Below are positions 20,365-31,080 of a stretch of 64,000 bases of DNA, in pieces (within the stretch, counting starts at the first letter, position 1; the number at the start of each line of letters is the position of its first letter). The stretch is from NCBI GenBank assembly GCA_049472315.1, contig JBLIRN010000017.1, positions 1-64,000 on the forward strand. Direction: 5' to 3'. A program made the position numbers and the translations under genes. Below the pieces are notes generated by a model, which saw only the letters and a program-made list of their open reading frames with translations, did not search any database and was not told the DNA's origin. This DNA is from a bacterium. Its GTDB lineage: Bacteria; SZUA-182; DTGQ01; JAFGSM01.

Positions 20365-20674
20365 TTCCTGTCACCATTTCCCTTCTTCACATGCTTTTTC
20401 GCCTCGGAAGCGGAATCCTGCCTTCCGTCTTAAGGTGTTACGTCTGCCGCCTCCCCTAAGAGGTAGTAGCATGTGAGCTCTCCCCTCTCTCGGGGATGGA
20501 ACACAAGGCCCTCATCCCCGTAACTTCAGCCTCCACAGGGTGGGAATGAGCATGGTTTTTGCATTGTGTTTTGCATACAGGAATTGTGTGCCCATCATTA
20601 CCGTAGTACGGGCATTTATATCCACCGAGGCACGATCCCCGGTGGAAGATCAGGTTTGAGAGTGTTAGGGTCTT

Positions 20675-22351
20675 ATGGAGAAGTTCTTCCGTTTCCTCAT
20701 GCTGCCGCTGCTGGTGGCAATTGTTGATCTGGCGCTGCTTACTCCCCTCCAGGCACAACCCCTCACTGATCACGTCCGCAATGTTCTTCATGATCGAATG
20801 GCCACCGAGGGCGTGTTGTTGAGGATGGTGATCCGGGGTGAACGTATCCACGCATCGGGGATCCTCGCCCGTTTTTATGGAGGGCGAATGTTCCAGCCTG
20901 CCTGGTCGGACGAGCGCGGTCCTCTCCACCAGGCGTATTCGCTGGTCAATGCCATTCGCCGCGCACAACGTGAGGGGTTGAATCCGGAGGATTACCATCG
21001 TCTGTGCATTGAGGAGATGCTCGCCCGGGCCGACACTGATGGTCAAGGATTTCTCGATCCCCAGGGTTTGGCGGATCTGGATATACTGCTGACCGACGCA
21101 TTTTTGATTTATGGGAGTCACCTGTTGAACGGCAAGGTTGATCCGGAAACATACAAAACCCGATGGAACCCCGAGAACGGGGAGGTTGATTGCGCCGAGG
21201 TTTTGCGCATAGCCCTGGAGACCGATCGCGTTGAGGAGGCCCTTATGAGCCTTGCTCCCCGATATCACGGATACATCAGGCTTCGGCAGGCACTGGCCCA
21301 GTACCGTGATGTCGCCGAAGAGGGAGGCTGGCCGGATATCCCCGAGGGAGATGGAACGGATGCGGATATGATGCAGCGTCGTCGTATCGCCCTTCTCAAC
21401 CGCCTGGTCATTTCCGGCGATCTCGATCACCACGACTACGAGAACGGGGGGGTAGCAGAAACAGTCCTCAAGGAGGCCCTCAGGCGATTCAAAAAGCGAC
21501 ATGGATTGAAACCCGATGTGGAGATCAATCCCGCCACCCTGAAGGCGCTCAATGTCTCGGCAGCCGAACGGGTAAGGCAGATCGAGCTGAACATGGAACG
21601 GTGGCGCTGGCTCCCTCATGACCTGGGCGATCGTTACATCATCGTCAATATCACTGACTTCAGGGCCGGGGTATTCGAGGAGGACCGCGCGGTACTGGAG
21701 ATGAGGGTGGTAGTGGGGAAGGATTTCCGGCAGACCCCGGTCTTCAGCGGTACAATGGAATATATCGTGTTTTCTCCTTACTGGTATATACCGAAAAAGA
21801 TTGCCGTGGAGGACAAACTCCCTCTGATCCTGCAGGATCCCGGTTACCTCATACGTCAACATATCAGGGTATTTGCCACATATAACGGCGGATTATGCCG
21901 CATTGATCCCAATGCCATTGATTGGCAAACCGTGGCCCCTGAAACATTTCCATACAATCTGCGCCAGGATCCCGGTCCCTGGAATCCCTTGGGCAGGATC
22001 AAGTTCATCTTTCCCAACAAATATGCGGTCTACCTGCATGACACCCCTTCCCAGGAGCTTTTCCAAAAGGAACCCCGTACCTTCAGCTCGGGGTGCATCC
22101 GCATTGAGAAGCCCATCGAGTTGGCGGAATATCTGTTGCACGGTGATCCCCAATGGACCAAAAAGAGGATCGTCGCCGCCGCATCCTCGAATGTGGAGCA
22201 GACCGTGCGACTTCCCTGTCCGGTCCAGATCCATATCCAATACTGGACCGCATGGGCGAGGGAGGATCTCAGCGTGGAATTCCGGAAGGATATCTACGCA
22301 AGCGACAGGCTCCTTGATCAGGCGCTCAGCGGGATGCCGCCCGGGGTGTAG
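20675..22351 (+). CDS. L,D-transpeptidase (YcbB/LdtD type)
   Basis: Signal peptide LQA|Q; YLHDTP...SSGCIR. Confidence 0.92.
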   Translation: MEKFFRFLMLPLLVAIVDLALLTPLQAQPLTDHVRNVLHDRMATEGVLLRMVIRGERIHASGILARFYGGRMFQPAWSDERGPLHQAYSLVNAIRRAQREGLNPEDYHRLCIEEMLARADTDGQGFLDPQGLADLDILLTDAFLIYGSHLLNGKVDPETYKTRWNPENGEVDCAEVLRIALETDRVEEALMSLAPRYHGYIRLRQALAQYRDVAEEGGWPDIPEGDGTDADMMQRRRIALLNRLVISGDLDHHDYENGGVAETVLKEALRRFKKRHGLKPDVEINPATLKALNVSAAERVRQIELNMERWRWLPHDLGDRYIIVNITDFRAGVFEEDRAVLEMRVVVGKDFRQTPVFSGTMEYIVFSPYWYIPKKIAVEDKLPLILQDPGYLIRQHIRVFATYNGGLCRIDPNAIDWQTVAPETFPYNLRQDPGPWNPLGRIKFIFPNKYAVYLHDTPSQELFQKEPRTFSSGCIRIEKPIELAEYLLHGDPQWTKKRIVAAASSNVEQTVRLPCPVQIHIQYWTAWAREDLSVEFRKDIYASDRLLDQALSGMPPGV

Positions 22352-22425
22352 TGACCACGGGTGATCCCTCCGCGACCCCGCTTCACTTGAATTTTTGACC
22401 GCAGTGTACTATCTTCCCTGTCCAT

Positions 22426-24132
22426 ATGCAGTATACGGATACATGGAACATGAGGCATCCACTCATATGCGGCATCACCCTGTGGGTAGTGACGTGGTTT
22501 GTTTGCGCGCTTCCCTCCAATGCCCAAACCATTATGGGAGAGGTGCGCACAAACATCATGCTTCGCGTCGAGATGCTCGAAACGGGGGTCCCTCTTTCCG
22601 TGGAGGGTGACCGTATCCGGTCCCTCACCGCATTGCCCCGTTTCTACTACCTGCGTGCCTTTCAGCCTGCCTGGTCCGACAGATTCGGCCCCGTCCGCTT
22701 CGTTCATTCCCTGATAAAGGCCATCCATGATGCCACCCAGGAGGGGCTGCAACCGCGGGACTATCATCTCACCGCAATCGAGGGGATATTCGGCCGTATG
22801 CTCAATGATCAGAAAGGGAAGCAATGGACCGACCCCGCCCTGCTTGCCGATTTCGACATCCTGCTCACGGATGCATTCCTGACCTACGCCTCGCATCTGC
22901 TTTTCGGCCGGGTGGATCCTGAGACCTTTGAGAGGCAATGGGAGCACCCTCGCGCTGAAGAGGACCTTGCCCGGGTATTGAGGGATGCCCTTGTATCGGG
23001 GAGGATCGAGGCGGCACTCCAGGATTTAACGCCGAGGGATGCCGGCTATACCAGACTCAGGGAGGCGCTCGGCCAGTACAGGGATATCGCCGCTGCAGGC
23101 GGCTGGCCTATGGTGCCCTTTGTTCCCAAGACACGCAACCGGGAGGACCGAGGTGCGGTCGTTCCCCTTGTCAACAGGCTGGTTATATCCGGAGACCTTC
23201 GCCAGAACATCTATGACAGCGAGGTCCCCTTCGACGCGATACTCGCTCAGGCAATTCGCGCATTCCAGGCACGGCATGGACTCACCCCTGACGGGGTCCT
23301 CGGCCCTGTCACCCTGAAGGCGCTGAATGTCTCGGCAGACGAGCGGGTGCGGCAGATCGAGCTGAACATGGAACGGTGGCGCTGGCTTCCCCGTGACCTG
23401 GGCGATCCCTGTATCATCGTCAATATCGCTGATTTCAGGGCCAGGGTATTCGAGGGGGACCGCGCGGTGCTGGAGATGAGGGTGGTGGTGGGAAAGGATT
23501 ACCGGCAGACACCGGTCTTCAGCGGCACCATGGAACGCCTGGTGTTTTCTCCCTACTGGTATATACCGCAGAAGATTGCCGTGGAGGATAAACTTCCCCT
23601 GATCCTGCGGGATCCCAATTACCTGGTCCGCGAGCATATAGATGCCTTTCAGTGGGGAAACAACGGCTGGCTGAAGGAGGTGGATCCGAATACCATCGAT
23701 TGGCACATGGCGGATCCCAATACGTTTCCGTACAAGCTGCGTCAGGAACCCGGCCCCTGGAATCCCCTGGGCAGGATCAAGTTCATCTTTCCCAACAAAT
23801 ATGCGGTCTACCTGCATGACACCCCTTCCCAGGAGCTTTTCGAAAAGGCCCCGCGGACCTTCAGCTCGGGGTGTATCCGCATCGAGAAGCCTATCGAACT
23901 GGCGGAGTTTCTCCTGCAGGCCGATCCCCGGTGGACCAGGGAGAGGATCCTTTCAGCCGCATCCTCGGACACGGAGCAGACCGTGCGCCTTCCCTGTCCG
24001 GTACAGGTCCATATCCAGTACTGGACGGCATGGGCGAACGAGGACCTCGGCATGGAATTCCGGAAGGATATCTACGGAAGCGACAGGCTCCTCGATCAGG
24101 CGCTCAGCAGGCAGCCCCCTGCTCCCGAGTGA
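22426..24132 (+). CDS. L,D-transpeptidase (YcbB/LdtD type), tandem paralog
   Basis: Signal peptide SNA|Q; YLHDTP...SSGCIR; catalytic half nearly identical to the preceding gene. Confidence 0.92.
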   Translation: MQYTDTWNMRHPLICGITLWVVTWFVCALPSNAQTIMGEVRTNIMLRVEMLETGVPLSVEGDRIRSLTALPRFYYLRAFQPAWSDRFGPVRFVHSLIKAIHDATQEGLQPRDYHLTAIEGIFGRMLNDQKGKQWTDPALLADFDILLTDAFLTYASHLLFGRVDPETFERQWEHPRAEEDLARVLRDALVSGRIEAALQDLTPRDAGYTRLREALGQYRDIAAAGGWPMVPFVPKTRNREDRGAVVPLVNRLVISGDLRQNIYDSEVPFDAILAQAIRAFQARHGLTPDGVLGPVTLKALNVSADERVRQIELNMERWRWLPRDLGDPCIIVNIADFRARVFEGDRAVLEMRVVVGKDYRQTPVFSGTMERLVFSPYWYIPQKIAVEDKLPLILRDPNYLVREHIDAFQWGNNGWLKEVDPNTIDWHMADPNTFPYKLRQEPGPWNPLGRIKFIFPNKYAVYLHDTPSQELFEKAPRTFSSGCIRIEKPIELAEFLLQADPRWTRERILSAASSDTEQTVRLPCPVQVHIQYWTAWANEDLGMEFRKDIYGSDRLLDQALSRQPPAPE

Positions 24133-24415
24133 TCATATATTTTCCATTCTTCCCTGCCGATACCTGTTTGTCTTGAGATTCTGGTAATAACTCCCTTCCG
24201 ATATCATCTTTCCGTATCCGAGGCCCAGGCTCATGGACCACGTGCGGCGGAGCCCCAGGATTATATGCCAATGCCACAGGCTTGAGCCGTAATGTGCTGA
24301 AACGGCTTTCCTGTCGATTTTTATCTGTGGCGGCTTGAGAAATGTGTTGAGCGGTTATTGAATCGTTCAGGGAATGTGGATGCCGTTGAAATGTAAGGGA
24401 AGGGCAGCAAGGCAA

Positions 24416-25039
24416 TCACCAGTAACGGATGCGCCCGATGTCCACGTGTATGAAGTGTTCCTTCGGATAATACCCGACCCCTCCACCCCTCAGGTGCACT
24501 GCTGTTCTGTGCAGAGTCGAGAGCCGGCACCCCGGGAGATAGATATCGGCTGCCATGCCGGAGATATGCAGGCTGTTTCGTGCAACGTTCCGGTAGCATC
24601 TTCTGAGATAGGCATTGGTGGCCCGGGTCCGATACCCCGATACCACGTGAATGGGTTCGTCGGTCTTCATCTTCCTGGTGAGAGCGTTCAACAGATCGAG
24701 AAGGTCCGGGTCGATGGATGTGGTCTCATCGGTATAGTGGTCCCTGAACAGGTGGTTGATATCGGCAAGTGATGACTCGATGTATTTCCCGTCCCGCCAG
24801 TAGACGGTATCGAGAGACTCTTCGGTGTGCACGTTGTAGATGTTCAACGAGCGTTCGGGTATCAGCAAGGAGTTGACCGCTGCAAACGCCGGGCGGTTGA
24901 TCATTGCGGAGCCCAGGGCGAGCATTCCCCATTGACAGAAACGCCGGCGGCTCAGCGTATGCCGGAGCAAGGCATTATTATTCAGATGTTCCTCAGGTAT
25001 ACCCTTGATCTCATCCATGGTAAAAAAATTACGCTCCAT
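24416..25039 (-). CDS. mepK: YcbK/MepK family M15 peptidase (DUF882), Tat-exported
   Basis: Twin-arginine SRRRF; SGYR, SLH..G.AAD, FIHVD motifs; adjacent to ycbB-like genes. Confidence 0.88.
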   Translation of the reverse strand: MERNFFTMDEIKGIPEEHLNNNALLRHTLSRRRFCQWGMLALGSAMINRPAFAAVNSLLIPERSLNIYNVHTEESLDTVYWRDGKYIESSLADINHLFRDHYTDETTSIDPDLLDLLNALTRKMKTDEPIHVVSGYRTRATNAYLRRCYRNVARNSLHISGMAADIYLPGCRLSTLHRTAVHLRGGGVGYYPKEHFIHVDIGRIRYW

Positions 25040-25141
25040 ATCCTCCTTGATATACAGAAAATTACCTCACAAAAATATTTTAAAGATATTTTATATAAAA
25101 TGCAAATTTTGGACCTAAATCCCATGACTGCTCAATAGCGC

Positions 25142-27331
25142 CTATCGCACCAGCATGATCTCTTCCAGACTTTTTACCAGGAGTGTGGTGGGCAGCCTCT
25201 GCAAAAGGGAATCCATGCGGTTTATGAACCCTTCCTCCTCCCCTTCCTCGGGCATTCCCATGCCCAGGATCACCAGATCCGCATCCGCGGAATGGCTGGT
25301 GATGATCTCCCATATGCTCACCTTGTCCGGATCATAGGGGATGATATTCGCAGCCGCCTTGATGCGCATCTCCTCAAGAAATCGGGTTATATTCTCAAAT
25401 GCCTTCTCCCGGCCCGTAATATCCCTGATACCCATATTGAGACGTATCTCGCAATCCCTCCACTCGCGGTTCAGGGACAGGAGATGGGCGAGCAGGATCA
25501 TGAGGTTTCGGTTCTGCTGTTGTCCTCCCCACCAGACGTCGATCAATTGCCGGTTGCCGAATCCCCTCTTCATGTCGACCTTGAGCAGGATGACGCTCTT
25601 GCCCAGAAGGTGCAGATCCCGGATGAGTTGACCGAACTCCCCCGTGCGTGCCGGCTCTGCGGACCAGCCCATCATGACGATGTTCGGATAGACCTTGCCG
25701 ATGCCGTGGCACTGCGTGACCGCGAGCACACCCTCCCGCAGGTTATCCGCCACATAGGCGACGGGGAATGCCTGGATATTCTCCTTGTCGATAAAGTCCG
25801 CCAACTGGTTTATGGCCATCTTGCGGAACCGGCATTGATCCTCGCACGGCCCCAGGATCATCTGCACCAGGGAGAGGAATCCTCCCCCCTTCTCCAGTGA
25901 ACGGGCGAGGAATACGAGGTGGTCCCGGGTGTTCGGGTTTCCGGAAAAGACGAGGAGATTCGGTTTCCAGTTCCTGGGGTGCCATTCATACCCCTTCAGC
26001 TTGAGGAGGGCAAACCTGATCAGGGAGAACCAAATCCCGCTGCGGACATCGCCCCAGGCGGTGGTGAGGACCCTGCGCTTCAGCGCGAAGTAGATGATCG
26101 CCGTGACCGCGATGGCGATCACCGTGGCCTGGGCGTTGATGAGAAACATGACGCAGTAGCACCCCAGCGCGCCAAGGAGGGAGATGATCCAGTGCACCTT
26201 CAATCTGGGCCGGAAGCTCGGATTGCCCACGATGTTCTCGAGCGCCGCAATCAGGTTTACCACGCCGTAGGTGTTCAGGAAGAACATGGTGACCACGGGT
26301 GCCACGATATCGAGTTTTCCCAGCAGGATTACCGCCTCGGCAATACCAAAGGTGACCAGGAGGGCGATGCGGGGTTCATTGGCAGGGCCACTTCCCTTCC
26401 CCATGAACCGGTGCAGGATCCGGTCCTTGGCCAGTGCCTGCATGGTCCTGGGTGCCGCAAGGATATTCCCCAGGGCGGAGGAGAGGGTTGCCGCCCACAG
26501 ACCCAGGAGGATGGGAAACCGCCAGCGTGCGATCTCCATCATGATGGAGGTGTTCGACCTGAGGACCCCGGGGGAGACGTTGCGGACAAACCAGAACGCC
26601 TGAAGCACGTAGATGAGGAACGTCACACCAATCGCGGCCAGTGTGCCCCTCGGAATGCTCCTGGAAGGATTCTCGAGGTCTCCGGACATACCGACCCCCA
26701 CCTCGATCCCGGTCACTGCGGGGAAATAGATGGCGAAGACCAGCCAGAATCCGGCAGTCCCTCCGGATGTCCTCCAGGTAAGGGGGAGCCCGCCCCTGGC
26801 ACCTCCCCAGAAGAATGACACCAGGGCGAATCCCAGGCAGGCCATGATCACGTATTGGACCCGAATGGCCCAGTCGGCCCCTATGAACGAGATGAATGAG
26901 AGGATGATGCAGGTCGCGGATGCAACCCACACCGGCGAGAGGTTCGGGAAGACCCACATGAGCCCTTCGGTGAATCCGATGATGTAGAAGGCGATGGATA
27001 TCGCCTGGGAGAGGTAGAGGGGGATCCCTATACTGCCGCCTGCTGCAAGCCCCAGGGTCCTGGAGATGAGATAGTAGTTCCCTCCACCGCCGATATCCAT
27101 GCTGGTGGCGATGGTGGAGAGGGAAAGCCCGGTGGAGAGGGTAATGAGATTCGAGATGACGATAATGGCGAGCGCGCCTGCAAGGCCGGCATTCCCCACC
27201 ACCCAGCCTGCACGCAGGAAGAGGATGACCCCCAGGATGGTGAGCACGGCGGGGGTAAACACCCCGGCGAAGGTGCCGAAACCGTGGCCTCGACGCGGCT
27301 CCTCTCGCTCCTGTCTGGTAATACCCGGCAT
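25142..27331 (-). CDS. SLC12-like cation-chloride cotransporter / APC permease
   Basis: FGTFAGVFTP..LTILGVILFLR, GGGNYYLISRTLG, FPAVTG, NWKPNLLV, IDVWW; ATG at 27331 after GAGG. Confidence 0.85.
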   Translation of the reverse strand: MPGITRQEREEPRRGHGFGTFAGVFTPAVLTILGVILFLRAGWVVGNAGLAGALAIIVISNLITLSTGLSLSTIATSMDIGGGGNYYLISRTLGLAAGGSIGIPLYLSQAISIAFYIIGFTEGLMWVFPNLSPVWVASATCIILSFISFIGADWAIRVQYVIMACLGFALVSFFWGGARGGLPLTWRTSGGTAGFWLVFAIYFPAVTGIEVGVGMSGDLENPSRSIPRGTLAAIGVTFLIYVLQAFWFVRNVSPGVLRSNTSIMMEIARWRFPILLGLWAATLSSALGNILAAPRTMQALAKDRILHRFMGKGSGPANEPRIALLVTFGIAEAVILLGKLDIVAPVVTMFFLNTYGVVNLIAALENIVGNPSFRPRLKVHWIISLLGALGCYCVMFLINAQATVIAIAVTAIIYFALKRRVLTTAWGDVRSGIWFSLIRFALLKLKGYEWHPRNWKPNLLVFSGNPNTRDHLVFLARSLEKGGGFLSLVQMILGPCEDQCRFRKMAINQLADFIDKENIQAFPVAYVADNLREGVLAVTQCHGIGKVYPNIVMMGWSAEPARTGEFGQLIRDLHLLGKSVILLKVDMKRGFGNRQLIDVWWGGQQQNRNLMILLAHLLSLNREWRDCEIRLNMGIRDITGREKAFENITRFLEEMRIKAAANIIPYDPDKVSIWEIITSHSADADLVILGMGMPEEGEEEGFINRMDSLLQRLPTTLLVKSLEEIMLVR

Positions 27332-27688
27332 TATTTCCTCAGCGGTGTGGGAACAATGTGTGTATAAAGCGGATAATCCACAAATGGTATCATTTTTTAT
27401 TATCCGGCGGCAATATCTCAAGGGATGATCCGGCAATGCCGATTGTGATGGGACATCGGAATGACCGGATATTGCCCTCTCATGTTCCCGGCCTCTCGAT
27501 TCAAATGGGCATTGCTGAGGGGCGATGTCCTCTTCTACCGTCGGTAAACCGTGCAGTCATGGTGAAGATTTCATGGCGAATTGAGCTGTGGGGGGACGGC
27601 GGCATCTTCTGTCATGGAATCCTTCCTTGACTTCCATGCATCGTTGGGTGAATATAAGCATGTATATTCATGATGGGGACAATGCTGA

Positions 27689-28357
27689 ATGCGGATCCTA
27701 TTGATTGAGGACGAACTGAGGATAGCCAATTTTATCGAGCGAGGCCTCAAAGAGGAGCACTATGCGGTAGACGTGGCTGACAACGGGGAAAAGGCCCTCT
27801 ATTGTGCGGATGTCAATCCCTATGATCTCATCATACTCGATATCATGCTGCCCGACATGAACGGATTTGCCATTTGCAGGGAACTACGAGGCAAGGGGAT
27901 TGAGACCCCTATCCTGATATTGACCGCAAAGGACAGCCTGAAGGATAAGGTGCAGGGATTGGATATGGGCGCCGATGATTACTTGACCAAGCCCTTCGCC
28001 TTTGAGGAACTTTTAGCGCGCGTCCGTGCCCTGCTCAGGCGAGCCCGCTCGGAAAAGCAGACACTCCTCACCGTGGCTGATCTGGAATTGGACCAGGTGA
28101 CACATAGGGTGAAGCGGGCGGGGAAGGACATCCCCTTGACCGCAAAGGAATACAGCCTGCTTGAATACCTGATGCTTCACGCACGTCAGGTGGTGACCAG
28201 AACCATGATCTCGGAGCATGTCTGGAATGAGGACTTTGACAGTTTCACCAATATTACGGATGTGTACATCAATTACCTGCGAAACAAAATCGACAAGGGA
28301 TTCGACAAGCAGCTGATTCATACCATACGCGGCGTGGGATACATGCTTGAGGAGTAA
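27689..28357 (+). CDS. OmpR/PhoB-family response regulator (CusR/ArlR-like)
   Basis: Receiver plus winged helix; GADDYLTKPF, IHTIRGVGY. Confidence 0.95.
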   Translation: MRILLIEDELRIANFIERGLKEEHYAVDVADNGEKALYCADVNPYDLIILDIMLPDMNGFAICRELRGKGIETPILILTAKDSLKDKVQGLDMGADDYLTKPFAFEELLARVRALLRRARSEKQTLLTVADLELDQVTHRVKRAGKDIPLTAKEYSLLEYLMLHARQVVTRTMISEHVWNEDFDSFTNITDVYINYLRNKIDKGFDKQLIHTIRGVGYMLEE

Positions 28358-28363
28358 CCGGCC

Positions 28364-29845
28364 GTGCGTCTCAATTCCATCCGATTCAAGATAAGCATCC
28401 TCTTTGTGGCAATCCTGGGCACGATCCTCGTCATCCACAGCACCATCCTCTATCTCAGTTTGCGCTACACCCTGTACAAGGACCTGGATGCGGAACTTAG
28501 GATGAAGGTGGAGCAGATCGTCTCCACCATCAACGCCTATCTCGAAGTCCTCGGAGAGGGTGAGGACACCTTCCTCTTTGCCGTCAAACGGGTGATAACG
28601 CTTCAAGGCGAACATCCGCACAAGCAGATGATCGAGGAATTTGAAGCAAAATGGCTCCAGAAGGTGGACACGCTCGATCTGCGGGAACACTTCATAACCT
28701 TTTCGGGCATTGATGACACATCGATTGTCAGATCGGAGAACGTATCCGAACAGATGTTTTATGCCTTCTTGAAGAAGAACAAACCTGCGCGCTCGCGGCG
28801 CGAAACAATGCGGACCATCAATGTGAATGGAAACAGGCTGCGAATCATAAGCATACCCTTTGTCCATAATAATACGCAGGAGTATCTGCTTCAGGTAGGC
28901 ACTCCACTCAAGCCCATTATTTATATCCTCAACAACAGGTTATTCTACATTGCGATCAGCATCCCCGTAATCCTTTTTTTTGCCGGTTTTATCGGACAGC
29001 TTTTTGCCGTACGAATCATGAAACCGGTTGTGGAGGTGGCGAAGACGGCACAGGGCATCACCCATGAAAACCTGAGTGAGCGGGTAAAGGCGGAGCACGT
29101 GGATGAAGAGATGAAATACCTGGTTGACTCCTTCAATGACATGATCGAGCGCCTGGAGGGATCATTCAACTACATCGTGGAGATGAGTTCGCATATTGCC
29201 CACGAATTGAAGACCCCGCTTGCCATTATCAGGGGAGAATCGGAACTGGCCCTGCGGAAGGAACAGGCCGACGAAGAGTACCGGCGGGTTATCGCAGTCA
29301 CCATCCAAGAGGTCGAAAGGATGCTCAAGACGATCAATGATCTGCTTTTATTGACCAAGCTGGAATACCGGCAGGATATCTTCAAATTTGAACGGATCGA
29401 TCTTCGGACCTTCTTTATGGAGATTTACGAGCAGACAAAGATACTCGCCTCAAGGAAGGAGATTGAGGTGACGTTCACCATGGCGAAGGGGCCGTTGTAT
29501 CTCAACGGAGATACACTGCACCTCAGGAGGCTCTTTTTCAACATCATCGATAATGCACTCAAGTTCACCTCGCGCAAGGGCGGCGTTGTCATTGATATAC
29601 GGCGCGCGGGTAAGGATTTGTCGGTCGTGATATCGGATACCGGCGTAGGGATTCCGAAGGATGATCTGCCGGAGATCTTCAAACGGTTTTTCCACGTCGA
29701 CAGGACAGGAAGAAAGGAAGAGCCGGGGATCGGACTCGGCCTGAGCATCGCCCTGTCCATAGCACGCATCCATCACGGGGACATCCGTGTTGAAAGCGAG
29801 GTGGGAAAGGGTACGACCTTTACGGTAATCCTGCCGCTCATTTGA
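28364..29845 (+). CDS. Membrane sensor histidine kinase (HAMP-HisKA-HATPase)
   Basis: Two TMs; AHELKTPL, NALKF, DTGVGI, GLGLSI. Confidence 0.95.
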   Translation: MRLNSIRFKISILFVAILGTILVIHSTILYLSLRYTLYKDLDAELRMKVEQIVSTINAYLEVLGEGEDTFLFAVKRVITLQGEHPHKQMIEEFEAKWLQKVDTLDLREHFITFSGIDDTSIVRSENVSEQMFYAFLKKNKPARSRRETMRTINVNGNRLRIISIPFVHNNTQEYLLQVGTPLKPIIYILNNRLFYIAISIPVILFFAGFIGQLFAVRIMKPVVEVAKTAQGITHENLSERVKAEHVDEEMKYLVDSFNDMIERLEGSFNYIVEMSSHIAHELKTPLAIIRGESELALRKEQADEEYRRVIAVTIQEVERMLKTINDLLLLTKLEYRQDIFKFERIDLRTFFMEIYEQTKILASRKEIEVTFTMAKGPLYLNGDTLHLRRLFFNIIDNALKFTSRKGGVVIDIRRAGKDLSVVISDTGVGIPKDDLPEIFKRFFHVDRTGRKEEPGIGLGLSIALSIARIHHGDIRVESEVGKGTTFTVILPLI

Positions 29846-29899
29846 CCTTGCGCCGAGTTGCCTCAATTCTTCCCTTCTTTTTACAAGACCATATAAAGA

Positions 29900-29953
29900 T
29901 TAAAAATTTTTAATATTATTTTAACCTTTCCTTAATTTCCCATGTGGTACACT
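29900..29953 (+). promoter_or_regulatory. Four phased TTAA boxes plus extended -10 (putative OmpR-family-activated promoter)
   Basis: TTAA at 29900, 29910, 29921, 29932; TGgTACACT at 29945-29953; same geometry at 31081. Confidence 0.65.
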
Positions 29954-30276
29954 TTAAAATGATTGATACAAAAACTCGCTCACTCAGAATATGGTTTAAC
30001 GATATGCCGTTCTTTAATGCCTGAATTCCTTTTCTCCAGCGAATCCGAAATCGCATCATTCCTTCTGGTCATCCGTTTTGAATCCGACGTGACAGGTGTC
30101 GCTTTTATATATCTATCAAAGTAGGCTTACGGAGGTGAAAGGGCCAGTAGATAAAGGAGGTGGTGATCAATTCAATCCGTATTTCTTACATAGACTTCGA
30201 GATATTCTCGGTTGATCGTATGATTCTATTAACAAGAGGCAGTAATAAGAGCAACGAGTTAGGAGGGGGTTTTGTT

Positions 30277-30879
30277 ATGAGGTTCCTAAAGATCCTGTTT
30301 ATTGCTGTGGCTGCTCTGTCAGCCGTATGTTTTATTGCAACAACCAGTTCCGCCGTTATCATCTCACCTGTCACCACGGCTACCACCGTTCCGACGGCAC
30401 CGGGTCTCACCGCATTGATGACGCCGACATTTGTACCTCCCACCTTCCCGACGGGCGGTATATCCCTGTGGCCCACGGCCCTTATGGCGGCACTGACACC
30501 TACCGTGCCCACCACAGCAGCGGCGTTCCCCGCATTCATGGTGCCACCGACCACAACGTTTGCGCCGACGTTTGCGCCGACGTTTACGCCGACATTTGGC
30601 GGGATTCCGACGTTCCCTACGGCTCCTACGGCGCCCAGCATTGGGACGACCTTTCCTGCATTCATGCTTGCACCGACGTTCCCAACGGCACCAACGGTAC
30701 CCACTATTCCTGGAGCGACCTTTCCTGCATTCATGCTTGCACCGACGGCAACGTTTGCACCGGGAATCACCAGTCCTTTTGGGGGTCTTTCGTTGTGGCC
30801 CACGGCCCTCATGCTGCCGACAACTCCGGTACCGGTCACCGGCTCCCTCTGGCCGGCGGCAATGGCACCGATTATCTGA
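30277..30879 (+). CDS. Secreted Thr/Pro/Ala/Phe-rich low-complexity protein
   Basis: ATG 30277 after AGGAGG; signal peptide SSA|V; internal repeats TFPAFMLAPT and SLWPTALM; followed by a terminator. Confidence 0.85.
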   Translation: MRFLKILFIAVAALSAVCFIATTSSAVIISPVTTATTVPTAPGLTALMTPTFVPPTFPTGGISLWPTALMAALTPTVPTTAAAFPAFMVPPTTTFAPTFAPTFTPTFGGIPTFPTAPTAPSIGTTFPAFMLAPTFPTAPTVPTIPGATFPAFMLAPTATFAPGITSPFGGLSLWPTALMLPTTPVPVTGSLWPAAMAPII

Positions 30880-30951
30880 TAGATTTGTGTATGAACCTAT
30901 AACCCTAATGCTGTATCAGTAGTAGTACGCCCCAATCCTTCCTTGTAGTAC

Positions 30952-30998
30952 GAGACCCGCAGCATCGTAGTGTCTCCACTGTGCTGCGGGTTTCTTTT
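30952..30998 (+). terminator. Intrinsic terminator
   Basis: GAGACCCGCAGCA...TGCTGCGGGTTTC followed by TTTT. Confidence 0.75.
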
Positions 30999-31080
30999 AA
31001 TCATCCGCGTCATCAAGGCCGGTCCGCCGGAGGGATTGAGTCCCTTTATGCCTTGTTGTCCTGAAGCGTGGCGGCCATAG

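Noticed and set aside
20456..21862. Long antisense ORFs over ldt, glgX, treS and other genes
   Set aside because: Expected in GC-rich coding DNA; the opposite strand encodes clear family members
30186..30922. Antisense and alternate-frame ORFs over the T/P/A-rich gene
   Set aside because: The 30277 frame has the RBS, signal peptide, promoter and terminator
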